Origin: Alloascoidea hylecoeti
Taxonomy: Eukaryota
Length of the DNA stretch: 64,000 nt
Assembly (NCBI GenBank): GCA_001600815.1
Contig: BCKZ01000033.1
Span: forward strand, 62,001-126,000
Direction: 5' to 3'
Shown: piece by piece, positions 46,790 to 58,064 of the stretch
Layout of the letters: the number at the start of each line of letters is the position of its first letter
Position numbering within the stretch: position 1 is the first letter of the stretch
Position numbers and translations under genes: made by a program
Notes under the pieces: model-generated
The model's input: the letters and a program-made list of their open reading frames with translations, nothing else
What the model was told of the DNA's origin: nothing
Database searches by the model: none

Positions 46790-47638
46790 CGTCTATAGGT
46801 TCGGAAATTGAAGGTGATTTGATTCTGTTCATCCTTTCAGGAAAGTGGTGTGTGTGCCGGGTAAATAAATTATTGTTAGGGCTAAATTTAAAGTGCTGTT
46901 ATAAAAAGAAAATTTCTTTCAGATGTTTTATTTTTTAGTTATGTTTTTTACTTTGATTTAAAAATGAACATATCATTGAATGTAAGTTAATACCAAGTTT
47001 TCAATTACTTTGGTTTATTGAGGTTATAAGATGACGATCAAGCTGACACCAGTCTGAGTGGGAACAAGTACTCTCTCACAAATGTGGACCACATATACCC
47101 AAATTTCTGATTTTTAACCTTGATGACCAATCCAATTGGCATATTCACTATTTGGAATACAAAATTTTCTAACATTTTCTAAAGTTTTCTAGAATTATAC
47201 GTATTGGTGTTTATAGGAGTTAGACGGTTACGATGGGTCTTTTTACGAACCGAAGCTGCTTCACCTATTTCAAGATTCCTATTTGAAAAGATGCGAAATA
47301 GGCCAAGGAGCCTTGGTGGGTCGTAAAATTGAATATAGATGATGGCATATTTATATAGTTATGAATACTTTTAGTGATTTCTTCAATAGAATAATTTTTT
47401 AATTTTTAATTCGTGTGTTAACGCTCATAAATGATAAGTAAAATTATGAAAAATTCTGAATTTACACGTGATGAGAGCCATAAAGTCTCGGTGTAATCTA
47501 CATACCGCCAGGGTAAACTTAGGAACATGAAATTAATGGGAATTTCTCACGTTAAAATCTGCCAGGACGCAATCTTTGAAACATCACGATATTATATATC
47601 CTGTTAATTCAGAAAGGGTACCAATTAAAAGAAAAAAG

Positions 47639-47690
47639 GTATGTAAATGAAATATTCCTCTTATCTTTGATGTTTTCTTCTCTAACATAG
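47639..47690 (+). other. Probable 52-nt 5'UTR intron of NAT1
   Basis: GTATGT...TCTAAC-ATAG ending 6 nt before the ATG. No in-frame ATG in the upstream exon. Confidence 0.65.
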
Positions 47691-47696
47691 TTGAAG

Positions 47697-50267
47697 ATGG
47701 CACCAATTCCAAAGGACAAATTTCTTCCCTCAAAGGAACAATCTAACTTTCGAACCTGTTTGAAGTTGTATGAGTCAAAGCAGTACAAGAAGGCCCTTAA
47801 AATCGGTGAAGGAATCTTAAAAAAACACCCTAAAAATGGTGACACCTTAGCTCTAAAAGGTCTCTTGTTATATAATATGAATCGTAAGGAGGAAGCAGAA
47901 GAATATATTGAAAAAGGTCTTGCAAATGATTCTCAAAGTTCAATTGTAAACCATATAACAGGAATATACAAAAGAATGGAGAGACTTTATGATGAATCTT
48001 TGAAGCACGAAACTCAAGCCTTGGAATATGATCCACAGAATAGCAGTATTTTGCGTGATCTAGCTCTAATGCAAGTTCATTTACGCAAATATGATCAACT
48101 AGTTAAATCAAGAATCCAACAATTACAAGATGCACCAGGTTATAGGCAAAATTGGACTGCATTGGCAGTGGCCCATCATTTGAATGGTGATTACGCAACA
48201 GCGGAGTTAACTTTAACTAGGTTTGAAGAAGCTATTAAAGATGAGTTACCCGAGACTGAAAAGTTTGAACATTCTGAGTGTCTTTTGTACAAAAATCAAA
48301 TTATTTATGAATCTGGTGATGTTGAAAGAGCCCTTCAACATTTGGCTAAAATCGAACCGGATGTTCTAGATAAATTAAGTATTGCTGAGTATCGTATCAA
48401 ATACCTATTAGACTTGAAACAAAATAATGAAGCTCAAAAACTGATTCGTCAATTGATCAAGCGAAATCCAGATAACTGGGATTATTATAGACTTTTAGAA
48501 AAAGCATTGGATATTCCATCATCCAATCAAAAACTTCGTCTTGCATTGTATGAAAAATTTCAACAATTTTATCCAAAAAGTGATGTCCCTCAGTATGTTC
48601 CATTATCTTTCTTAGATGCTGGTGAACAATTTTCAAAAGCTGCTTCAAATTATATCTTGAATCAGTTGAAACGTGGCGTTCCTTCTTTGTTTGTCAAAAT
48701 CAAGCCTTTATATAGTGATACAGCGAAGAGAGCAATAATCGAGAAAATCGTAATAGATTTTTTTAGTGGGTTAACAATAGAAAATAACCCCAGTACTGGT
48801 AGTATTACTAAAGATGCTAATAAGACCGAACTTGCCCCAACTACTTGGGTATGGACTGTTTATTTCCTAGCGCAGCATTATAGAGTACTTGAACAGATGG
48901 ATTTAGCTCTATCTTATATTAATAAGGGGATTGAACATACTCCTACCTTGGTTGAGTTGCATGTCGAAAAAGCTCGCATTGTTAAACATTTTGGTGACTA
49001 TGTTAAGGCCAGTGAAAGTATGAATTATGCAAGAGAACTTGATTTACAAGATAGATTTGTCAATTCCAAATCTGGAAAATATTATCTACGAGCAAATAAT
49101 ATTGAAAAAGCAACCGAAGTGATTAGCTTGTTCACAAGAAATGATAAAGAAGGTAAAGGTGTTCAAGATTTACATGATATGCAAGCTTCTTGGTTTTTGC
49201 TCGAGCAGGCTGATGCTTATAAACGATTAAATAAAACGGGTCTTGCTTTAAAACGATATTTGTCGGTCGTTAAAATTTTTGATGAATACTACAATGATCA
49301 AATGGATTTCCATATGTACTGTATGAGAAGAGGAACACCTAGAGCTTACATTAAGATGATGACATGGGAAGATGAGTTGTTTAAATCTCCAGTATTCATT
49401 AGAGCTAGTAAAGGAGCAATTGAGATATATTTGGACCTTCATTATAAAAATGAATCACATTCGGGAAATGGTAGTAGTGGCCTTTCAGATAATGATAATG
49501 ACCTGGAGGAACAGATTAAAAATGCAAAAGATGATGCAACGAAAAAGAAGCTACTGAAGAAAATCAAGCAAAAGAAAGCAAAAGAAAACAAGAAGAAGAA
49601 CATTGAAAGAGCCAAACACAGTAAAGAAGGAGATGATCCTGACCCACTGGGTGAAGATCTTCTAAACACCAAAACGCCTACAGATGACGCGAATAAATTA
49701 TGGAGTAAGTTTGAAAATGTCGCTCCAAATAACTTCAATACCTGGAAGCTTGGTTTTGAAATTTATTTATCTCAAAAGAAATATATCTTGGCGTTGAAAG
49801 CAATTAATAAAATAAAATTGTTAAATGAGAGTGATCCTTTCATTCCCATTGGGATCATTCGGTTGAAGTTAGTAATTGCTCAAGACACAACTTCACAGGC
49901 TGCAATCAAGATTGTAGTTTCTCGTTCATTACATGCTTCATATCCTGATAGTGAAGGGGACCTTTTACAATTTCTTAATGGTGCATTAGAGAGTGATAGT
50001 GATAAGGGGTCGATAGATTCTATTATCGGATGGATAGAAGGTGCTGCTTTATTATTAGTGGAAGAAAAAGACTTAAGAAATGACGGCTTATTAAAGAAAC
50101 AAGTATCCGAAAAGGCTTTATCAGTTGTATCCAGTAAAGAAAGTAACTTTTTGCAGAGTGAAAAGTTATTAAAGATATTGGACACTACTGATGCCGGTTT
50201 GTGGGAAGATGTGAAGAAAGCAGCAGGTGAAAAGTGGAGGGTTTCATCCGAGGGCAGTGATGCCTGA
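47697..50267 (+). CDS. NAT1: NatA auxiliary subunit Naa15 (TPR protein)
   Basis: LKLYESKQYKKALK, EHSECLLYKN, IEHTPTLVE, ARELDLQDRFVNSK, DQMDFHMYCMRRGTPRAY, DPDPLGE. Confidence 0.95.
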   Translation: MAPIPKDKFLPSKEQSNFRTCLKLYESKQYKKALKIGEGILKKHPKNGDTLALKGLLLYNMNRKEEAEEYIEKGLANDSQSSIVNHITGIYKRMERLYDESLKHETQALEYDPQNSSILRDLALMQVHLRKYDQLVKSRIQQLQDAPGYRQNWTALAVAHHLNGDYATAELTLTRFEEAIKDELPETEKFEHSECLLYKNQIIYESGDVERALQHLAKIEPDVLDKLSIAEYRIKYLLDLKQNNEAQKLIRQLIKRNPDNWDYYRLLEKALDIPSSNQKLRLALYEKFQQFYPKSDVPQYVPLSFLDAGEQFSKAASNYILNQLKRGVPSLFVKIKPLYSDTAKRAIIEKIVIDFFSGLTIENNPSTGSITKDANKTELAPTTWVWTVYFLAQHYRVLEQMDLALSYINKGIEHTPTLVELHVEKARIVKHFGDYVKASESMNYARELDLQDRFVNSKSGKYYLRANNIEKATEVISLFTRNDKEGKGVQDLHDMQASWFLLEQADAYKRLNKTGLALKRYLSVVKIFDEYYNDQMDFHMYCMRRGTPRAYIKMMTWEDELFKSPVFIRASKGAIEIYLDLHYKNESHSGNGSSGLSDNDNDLEEQIKNAKDDATKKKLLKKIKQKKAKENKKKNIERAKHSKEGDDPDPLGEDLLNTKTPTDDANKLWSKFENVAPNNFNTWKLGFEIYLSQKKYILALKAINKIKLLNESDPFIPIGIIRLKLVIAQDTTSQAAIKIVVSRSLHASYPDSEGDLLQFLNGALESDSDKGSIDSIIGWIEGAALLLVEEKDLRNDGLLKKQVSEKALSVVSSKESNFLQSEKLLKILDTTDAGLWEDVKKAAGEKWRVSSEGSDA

Positions 50268-50616
50268 AGATGGATCCAATTATAATTATGAGTTTCGAAG
50301 ATTAAGAGTAAAAAAAAGTATTGACTTTACAACGAACTTTAGCATCCCATAATCTATAATTTATATATAGTGTTCTATTACCTGTATTCTTGCCGTATTC
50401 TCATATTTTGTATCCTTAAGCCTGAAAAAAAGCCGATTGGGAGGTTTTTTTATAATTATGTTAATTTTAAATGTAAACACGTACCAAAATTGTTTGTCTG
50501 TTTGGCGGTACACATCTGCGAAAGCCAAATTTAGACTCACCTCCTTCTATCCACCACACATAAACACACAATTTTATAAACAGTCCACACTTTTAAAGTA
50601 CACGGGTTACAACGCC

Positions 50617-51705
50617 ATGAGTAATCCCATACACAATTCTTCCCAGAACAGAATCACCTCACCTTCTCTGTCCAGTACGCCTCTGGGTGCTATTGGTGGG
50701 ACCGGTATCTCAAAGCAGCGAGAGTCGCACAAGCGAAAGGATATCGTCAATGAGAAGATCCAAGAGTTGGCCACCATAATACCCGAGTCATTTCTACTAG
50801 CACCAGTTAAGTCTCAGACAGCTGGAACCGTTCTGACGTCTCCACAGTTTCACCCGGTCAATACGGGTACCAAGGATAAACGGCCAAACAAAGGGACGAT
50901 TTTGATTAAATCTGTCGAGTATATCAAAATGCTTCAACAACTCATCGATGAACAGAACAGACAGGAGGTGGAATTACAGGATCAACTGCGTAATTTGGAG
51001 GTCACTAGTGGATTGGATCCTTCGGACTTTGCAACTACCTCTGCCGAAAAAGCACTTGCCAACCTTGGGGTCTTGTCGGCTGACGAAGAAGACGAAGACG
51101 ACACTGGAAACGATGGAAGGCCACGGGTCAGTATTGATCCGGGAATATCTATAAATGGTGGGGATATAGTACTTGGTGAAGAAGAAGACGGTAGTGATCT
51201 TCTTTCTCCAACACAGTCGATCTCCGTGTCTACGCCTTCCAACCAATTGACACGGATAGCTTCTATTGCATCTCCCAGATCTCCTCGTTCGCCCCTTGGC
51301 GGAAATATACAAAGTGCTTCAAATAATTTGAGTCCTCAACATCCTGTTCTATCTCAATTGAACCGGATGGATAGTAGAAACAGTCCGGGTACAGTTGTGT
51401 CTATGAATCCCAACACGAACATGAACCCGACCGTTAATATGAATCTCTCCAGTTTTCAACAACCCCAAATTTCTTCTCGTGCTCAACTACGGACACAATC
51501 CCATCATCAACAACAGTCCCAAATGACAACGCAGTCTCGACCACAATCTTTCCCATACGAAAATTTTGATTCATTAGATCAAATTCAATTTGATCAATTT
51601 TTAACTGATGATTTCAACTCATTAAACTACTTACAAGATTTCTCCAATGATACAGGTACAATTAACATGAATGGTAGCAATAATAACCCAGCTGGATGGA
51701 AATAA
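50617..51705 (+). CDS. RTG1: bHLH-Zip retrograde regulator Rtg1-like, 362 aa
   Basis: KRKDIVNEKIQELATIIP...TGTKDKRPNKGTILIKSVEYI..LQQLIDEQNRQEVEL. First ATG at 50617. Confidence 0.82.
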   Translation: MSNPIHNSSQNRITSPSLSSTPLGAIGGTGISKQRESHKRKDIVNEKIQELATIIPESFLLAPVKSQTAGTVLTSPQFHPVNTGTKDKRPNKGTILIKSVEYIKMLQQLIDEQNRQEVELQDQLRNLEVTSGLDPSDFATTSAEKALANLGVLSADEEDEDDTGNDGRPRVSIDPGISINGGDIVLGEEEDGSDLLSPTQSISVSTPSNQLTRIASIASPRSPRSPLGGNIQSASNNLSPQHPVLSQLNRMDSRNSPGTVVSMNPNTNMNPTVNMNLSSFQQPQISSRAQLRTQSHHQQQSQMTTQSRPQSFPYENFDSLDQIQFDQFLTDDFNSLNYLQDFSNDTGTINMNGSNNNPAGWK

Positions 51706-52458
51706 TGAACACTCTGAATCTACTGCTGCATTCGAGCTTTACGATTTAATAAATCCTAGAAAGAAATAAATGTAATATTTGGAAAATTAAAAATTAACAA
51801 ATTAAATAGATATGTTAATTTATTGATGAATGTTTCTAGAAATGTTAATCGGGTTTATCAATTGGTATATTATTATTCCTACTATGTTTTTTTTATATGT
51901 TTTTATATTTTTTCTTAATATTTTTTTTTATATTTCTTTTTCGACTATTACTATTAATATTGTATTGAGTAAAGTGAATTTTTATATTGAGTTAAAGGTA
52001 TGAATATATCTTGCAATTGTGTATAATGGTTGCCAGTTAAGTTTGGGTTATACTTGATATTCGAGACAAATGAGGGAATTATTATTTACTTATATAAGAT
52101 ATATTACTAAAATTTTGGTAAGATTTTTATCTTTTTTATATGGTTTTTTTTCTTTCTTTATTTTATTATATTTTCTTGATTTAACTGAATTATTAGATTA
52201 TTATTGACGACATTATCTTAAATTATTGACCCGTAAATTAAAAGCAGTACTCTCTGATCACAAATAAATAATTGGGAGATTATTAAATATCTGAATACTC
52301 CCGATATTAAGTTGTATATATATGTACACTCATTCATAAATGATATTAATCATTACTGTTAGTCGCTAATTCCATTTTATATTAGAAAATATGTATGTAC
52401 GGGTGTTGTTGTTTGAATCCATTTGTGATTATGATAACACATAATCTCAATTATAAAA

Positions 52459-54006
52459 ATGCCACAAGGTCCAACAATCTTAAAGGCCTTGAAAATAAGT
52501 AAAGAAGATACACCTAAATCAAGTGTGGAAGAGACAGAGAGTGACGTTGAGCTTAGACACAAACCCGCTAATAGTACCATTAATGATGATAAGACGACTG
52601 AACAACTCAATAGTGATGAAAGTAGCGATGATAACAAACAGAGTCCGAGCGGAAGTGACAGTAAAACGAACCTCCAGGATGAGGAGAAATTGGTCCAAGA
52701 ATCAGAAGTGAAAGACACTGCTGAAGGTGTGGAGACAGTCGATGATTCAACGGGTTCAGATAGTGACAGCTCAAACTTGCAGTATTATGAGCCAAATGGA
52801 TCATCAGATTCAAACGACCCATTGGTACTATCATTATTCACAAAGGAAGAAAAGAAGTCTGTCCAAGATTATTTGCGTGCGAATGGCCCTGTCAAATTTT
52901 TGAAGACATATCTTATGTGTGATGAAGCACCATATAATATTTCCCAGCTAATTTTGTTACTGGGGTTTGTCCCACCTTTGGATGTGTTGAATGATAGAAG
53001 CGAGTCGGGTGAAACTGCACTAAACATATACCTCCATCGAGCAATGAAAAGAATTCTAAATTCCAGAGCTCGGCTTGATTATTTTACTACGTTACCCATT
53101 CTTTGGGAGAAATTAGAAGCAGCACATAACATTCTTGTACTAACTGGTGCTGGGATATCGACATCCTTGGGCATACCAGACTTTAGATCAAACTCTGGGT
53201 TATATGCCAGATTGGAGCACTTGGGACTAAGTGACCCTCAAGAAGTGTTTGATATTGACTTATTCAGGGTTGATCCCAGTGTGTTCTACTCTGTGGCTAA
53301 GGATATACTACCACCCACATCACAATATACTCCAACTCATGAATTCATTAAACTATTGCAAGATAAAGGAAAACTTCTAAGAAACTATACTCAAAATATT
53401 GATAATCTAGAGCATTATGCTGGAATTGAGTATGAGAAAATAATACAGTGTCATGGATCTTTTGCGTTTGCAACTTGCCAAAGTTGTGGGTATAAATGTA
53501 ACGGAGAGGAATTGTTTGATGACATTCGCAATAGCACAATATCTAAGTGTCCTAGGTGTATGGAAAGGCTGGCAAATAAAAGAAAAAAATCTTTTAAAGC
53601 TTCAGATTTAGATTCTAGTGATGAAGATGAGTTAATTGGAATCATGAAACCTGACATAACATTCTTTGGTGAAGATCTTCCTGACGCTTTTTACGAAAAC
53701 CTTTCAAGTGATTTGAAAAACTGTGATTTGTTAATCTGCATTGGAACGTCTTTAAAAGTGGCCCCAGTCAGTGAAATTGTTCGTCATATACCACCAGAGA
53801 TTCCTCAATTATATATAAACAAGGATCCAGTTCTTCATTGTCAGTTTGATATTACAATGTTGGGATTATGCGATATTGTAGTAGAATTCATATGTCAAAA
53901 GATGAAATGGAAATTTGAACATGAAATGTTAACTCATGAATATCCCAAGGCAGAAGAGGTGGATGTGGGATATTTCCAAGTAGACTTACCCAAACTTGAA
54001 CAATAG
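52459..54006 (+). CDS. SIR2: Sir2/Hst1 NAD-dependent deacetylase
   Basis: GAGISTSLGIPDFRS, LLRNYTQNIDNLE, QCHGSFA, CQSC/CPRC, KPDITFFGE, GTSLKVAPVSE. Confidence 0.93.
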   Translation: MPQGPTILKALKISKEDTPKSSVEETESDVELRHKPANSTINDDKTTEQLNSDESSDDNKQSPSGSDSKTNLQDEEKLVQESEVKDTAEGVETVDDSTGSDSDSSNLQYYEPNGSSDSNDPLVLSLFTKEEKKSVQDYLRANGPVKFLKTYLMCDEAPYNISQLILLLGFVPPLDVLNDRSESGETALNIYLHRAMKRILNSRARLDYFTTLPILWEKLEAAHNILVLTGAGISTSLGIPDFRSNSGLYARLEHLGLSDPQEVFDIDLFRVDPSVFYSVAKDILPPTSQYTPTHEFIKLLQDKGKLLRNYTQNIDNLEHYAGIEYEKIIQCHGSFAFATCQSCGYKCNGEELFDDIRNSTISKCPRCMERLANKRKKSFKASDLDSSDEDELIGIMKPDITFFGEDLPDAFYENLSSDLKNCDLLICIGTSLKVAPVSEIVRHIPPEIPQLYINKDPVLHCQFDITMLGLCDIVVEFICQKMKWKFEHEMLTHEYPKAEEVDVGYFQVDLPKLEQ

Positions 54007-54649
54007 ACAATCGCAGGTTATAATTAATTGGTTTGCATGATCAGTTTAAACGATAAATTGTATTAAATGTGCTGTATATATATAGATAAAGGTGTTCTTA
54101 TGATGACATATGGATGAAAATTAGAAAGAAATATAAACATTAGATTTACTATTCATTGGATATCATATGTATATTATTGATGAATATGTATTCTGGGTTT
54201 TTATGCCAATAAATCTCATTGGTGGTTATGAATGGTATGTAACTTATATTTTAATAAATTATCTTTTATGATATGCATAGCTATTGTAGAAATATCCCAA
54301 TATATATATAACTTATATAATTATTGAAAAGTGTTGAGTCAATATATCTACCCTCTACGAAACATGGAAGGAAGGGAATGGTTTAGTACTTTAGCCTGAA
54401 ATCTTTAAAATTGCAATATATAATTATATCCAAATTATTTAAATGAACGTCATATTTTTGGTAATAAAAGCAGAACTTAGTGATAATCTGATTTGTAGGT
54501 AAACCAATTGTTGTTGTAAAACTTGATTTTTATTTGGCGCTTAGTATAAGTATAGCTTCTTTTTGTACTTTTCTTTTTGTCTTCATATTATTTTTGCAAG
54601 AATAAATACACATACTTCTCTAAATATTCTTTTTGTCATTTTTAAAGCG

Positions 54650-55036
54650 ATGAAATTTTCTATATATGCTGCCGTTGCAGTCCTCTCTGGTTCCGCACTA
54701 GCAAATACTGCTCCTACTGGATCTCTTGCACCCACCGATTTACGTTTACAAATAGAAGACAACAAGTCAAACTTTATGAATAAGAGATCAACTGACGGTC
54801 TCGCTACTGTTAATGGCTTAAGTCTCCCTAAACTTGTTAAGGGAACCAAGACCAACTCTAATATAACATTTCAACAATTTAATGTTACTTCAAACTCTAC
54901 TGGTATTTGTTCCAGTAATTCAACCCCAAAGCTTGATGGAGATTTTGATTCTAGTGCTACTTTCAATTCTAGTGATTACAAATATTCATCATTAGCCGCT
55001 GCTATTGCTTGTGTTGTTGTTGTCTTTATGTTATAA
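54650..55036 (+). CDS. Small secreted, probably GPI-anchored protein (128 aa)
   Basis: MKFSIYAAVAVLSGSALA signal peptide, KR site, NxS/T sites, hydrophobic C-terminus. Confidence 0.65.
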   Translation: MKFSIYAAVAVLSGSALANTAPTGSLAPTDLRLQIEDNKSNFMNKRSTDGLATVNGLSLPKLVKGTKTNSNITFQQFNVTSNSTGICSSNSTPKLDGDFDSSATFNSSDYKYSSLAAAIACVVVVFML

Positions 55037-56315
55037 GTGAACAAATTAGGCTGGTTTATGTTAATGTCCATGTTCATGTTTGTGGTTTATCTAATTGCTA
55101 TTAAATTTTTGGTAAAGATGTTTTAATCTGGTATCACATTCTAGTTCTTTTAATGTTTTTGGATTTATCTTTTAAAAATATAGCTTTTAGTGTCCTATCT
55201 ATTAGCTATTGATATTTTTTATGTCTTATTATTATTATTCTATTATTATATAGTTAATATCCTCTTATTACATGTACTATTATTATCATTCGATTAGTAT
55301 GTCCTATATTTATAAGCTAGCACTATATATTAAGAATCTCAATTATACTCCATTAGCGATGAATAGTAAACAGATGATCTAAGCAATATTTGTCTTGTAT
55401 GTAAAATGTTTATAGACATTAATAACTAGCTACATGTATACCAAACTATTGAAATATTACTACTTTTGTTTATCAATTTAATTTGAATTAAGTAAAATTT
55501 TAAATTCCATATAGATTAGCCCAGTTATTTTTTCCCCATTTATTCCTAATAGATCATTAAAACACTCAATCAATATGTTTTTGGTGTCTGTTTTTAATTT
55601 GGTTCCCAACATCAGAATCAAGAAAACAACATCTTCATAGTTGTAGCAAGATAAGAATCTACCACGATAAGAAACGCCAGCAATAATTTTGAGTTGATAT
55701 TCTGCTTCGAACATAACACCTCGACCATTAATGGCCCTGCTATGAGCCTTCTCTTTTTTAATTTATGTGCTGAATAGATGCAAATAACTTGAAATCGATC
55801 CAAATGTAATTCATTAACTGTAGTTCTTAACAGCTCTTCAAAATAAATCAATTCCCTTATCTAATTTTAAGAGCAAGCATTCACGTAGCCATCACAAAAT
55901 TCTTTAATACTTGTTGGATTATAAAAGAGCATGGGTTCAATAAAGCTTTTAATCAGGCAATGATTATTATGGGGCTGGGCAAAAAGAAGAATATGGTTAC
56001 TTCTTGAACCTCTTCACTTGAAATATCTCCACTTGTAAAAGCTAACGTTAACAGGAGCAGTTTCTTATAAAGTTGGACATCCACCACATTGATAATTGAA
56101 CCCCAGGTCTAAATAATTAACCAGTTGTTCAATTTTCATAATAAAAGAAGAGAAGATGGAGAAATGGATTGAGAAATTAATATATCTACCACCGCGCTTT
56201 TACTATCCTTTATAAGTTTTATGTTTCTGATTTTAGAAATTATTATTTATGAATTAGTTTTGAATTAGTTTGAATTGATTTTTGATGATTTTGGATAGAA
56301 TTGATAGTTTAACTC

Positions 56316-57152
56316 TCATTTCCAACCATTCAATTTCTCCAAAGATATTTCATCTTCGGTGTTGGTTTGTCTATTTTCATTATCATCTTCATTAATCTCA
56401 TTTATATAATTTTCCCCCTTTTGTGTATTCAATTTAGCCATAACTCTAGCAATTAAAATCCGTAATCTTACAATTTCATTGAAAATATCACTTGAAGAAG
56501 TTAAAAGATTTTTTTGTATATTTTCTTTGGGATTAGAAAGATATTGTGAAACCATTGAATGTAATTCTTCATAAATTTCTTTTTTTTCCTTTGTTTCTAT
56601 AAATTTCCTTCTTGCTTCTAATAATTTATCCCTAGAAATTCTATATTTTTCCAATTGGTTATGATCATCTTCGTTATTTGTATCAAATTTCAAGTATTTA
56701 ACGTCTGGTAATTCTGGAATATGATCTAATATATCATCAAGATTTTCTAAATCAAAGTCAGGAGTTGAAATTGGTAAGAGAATCTCAGTTGCTCGATTTA
56801 ATTGAAATTCACTATCTATTAACTTTTGTGTTTGAAGAGTGATTAACTGTGATGATATTTGATGAATTGCTTGTTTTGTAAATTGACGACGATGATGTTT
56901 ACGGATTTGTGTATTCACTGGAGGAAAATCCATAAATGTTAGAACAATAAGATTTGATGATAATAATAAACTTTATACACGTAGTAGCTTACATTTATTT
57001 AATACCTGTTGTAATTTTTCTTCAGTTATTGATGATTCATCACCCTGATGATTTAGAATGTCGCGAATATTTTCATCTACTACTAAAATCTCGGATAGAA
57101 TCTTAACTTGAGAGTCGATGAAAGTTTTGATGTTTGTATATGATGCATTCAT
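56316..57152 (-). CDS. Kinetochore Nkp1/Fta4-like protein, 2 exons (57152-56993, 56917-56316)
   Basis: Spliced KTFIDSQVKILS...LQQVLNKLNTQIRKHHRRQFTKQAIHQISSQL...IQKNLLT..EIVRLRILIARV. 75-nt intron GTAAGC...TCTAAC...CAG. Confidence 0.7.
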
Positions 57153-58064
57153 AGAGGAAAAAGGGTTGGAAGTGGGAAAAAGGTGTTTTTTGTTGAGGTG
57201 AGCTAGTGTTTGTGGTTGTGTCCTACCCACTCTTACGAGATGAGACATCCACAATCATTATACACCTTCTTTCCAAACTTCAGCTTATACAATAAGTCTC
57301 ACAGACCTGGACTTCCTTATACTATAAATATTTTGAGGCTTAGTGTCCTGGCCTGGCTGTCGTCGTCGACCGTACACAGTACTATACTATTCCTGATCTG
57401 AATTCTGTCGCGACTGAAAATTTGTCATTATGTTGATTACAATTTACAACACCATTCTAAAGGTCCCTTGGACCACTGTAATCTTTCTTTAGGCTATATC
57501 TTTCTATTCCTTTTGGTTTTCCCCATTCAAAAAAGGCCATTTGAGTGCCGAAAATATTCCATATCCATGCTTTTTAAAAGGGGTTAACTATTAGGGTATT
57601 TATAATTAGAATGGTGTCCCAACTTGACCCAACTCAACTGTGCCTCTTAATTGATCTTTTTACATTGCTGTTACTTTGTTTTACTCTTATTATATTATCC
57701 TCCGTTCCTGAAATTGAACTTCAGCATAACGGTCAGGAAAGTGCATATGAAATGTGATTAATTAATAACAAACATAAAATTTCTGAACCGTTAAATTTAA
57801 ACCAACTGGTGCTTCTCGTTTCTTCAAAGTTACCAATATTATGTTATCGATGGTTCTTTATCGGATCATAACCGATTGACACTTTTCCATTTCCATATGC
57901 ATCAAGATGAAAATGGACACTTATGTCTCAAAGTATTAGCATTGTCGTGGTGACTTAAATATTAAATAATATAATAGTAAACACAAACACAAAATGACAA
58001 AAACCCTTCTCTTTTTTGTTTTGTATTTAATCATGAACTTGCACCGTATAAACATATAAATGAG

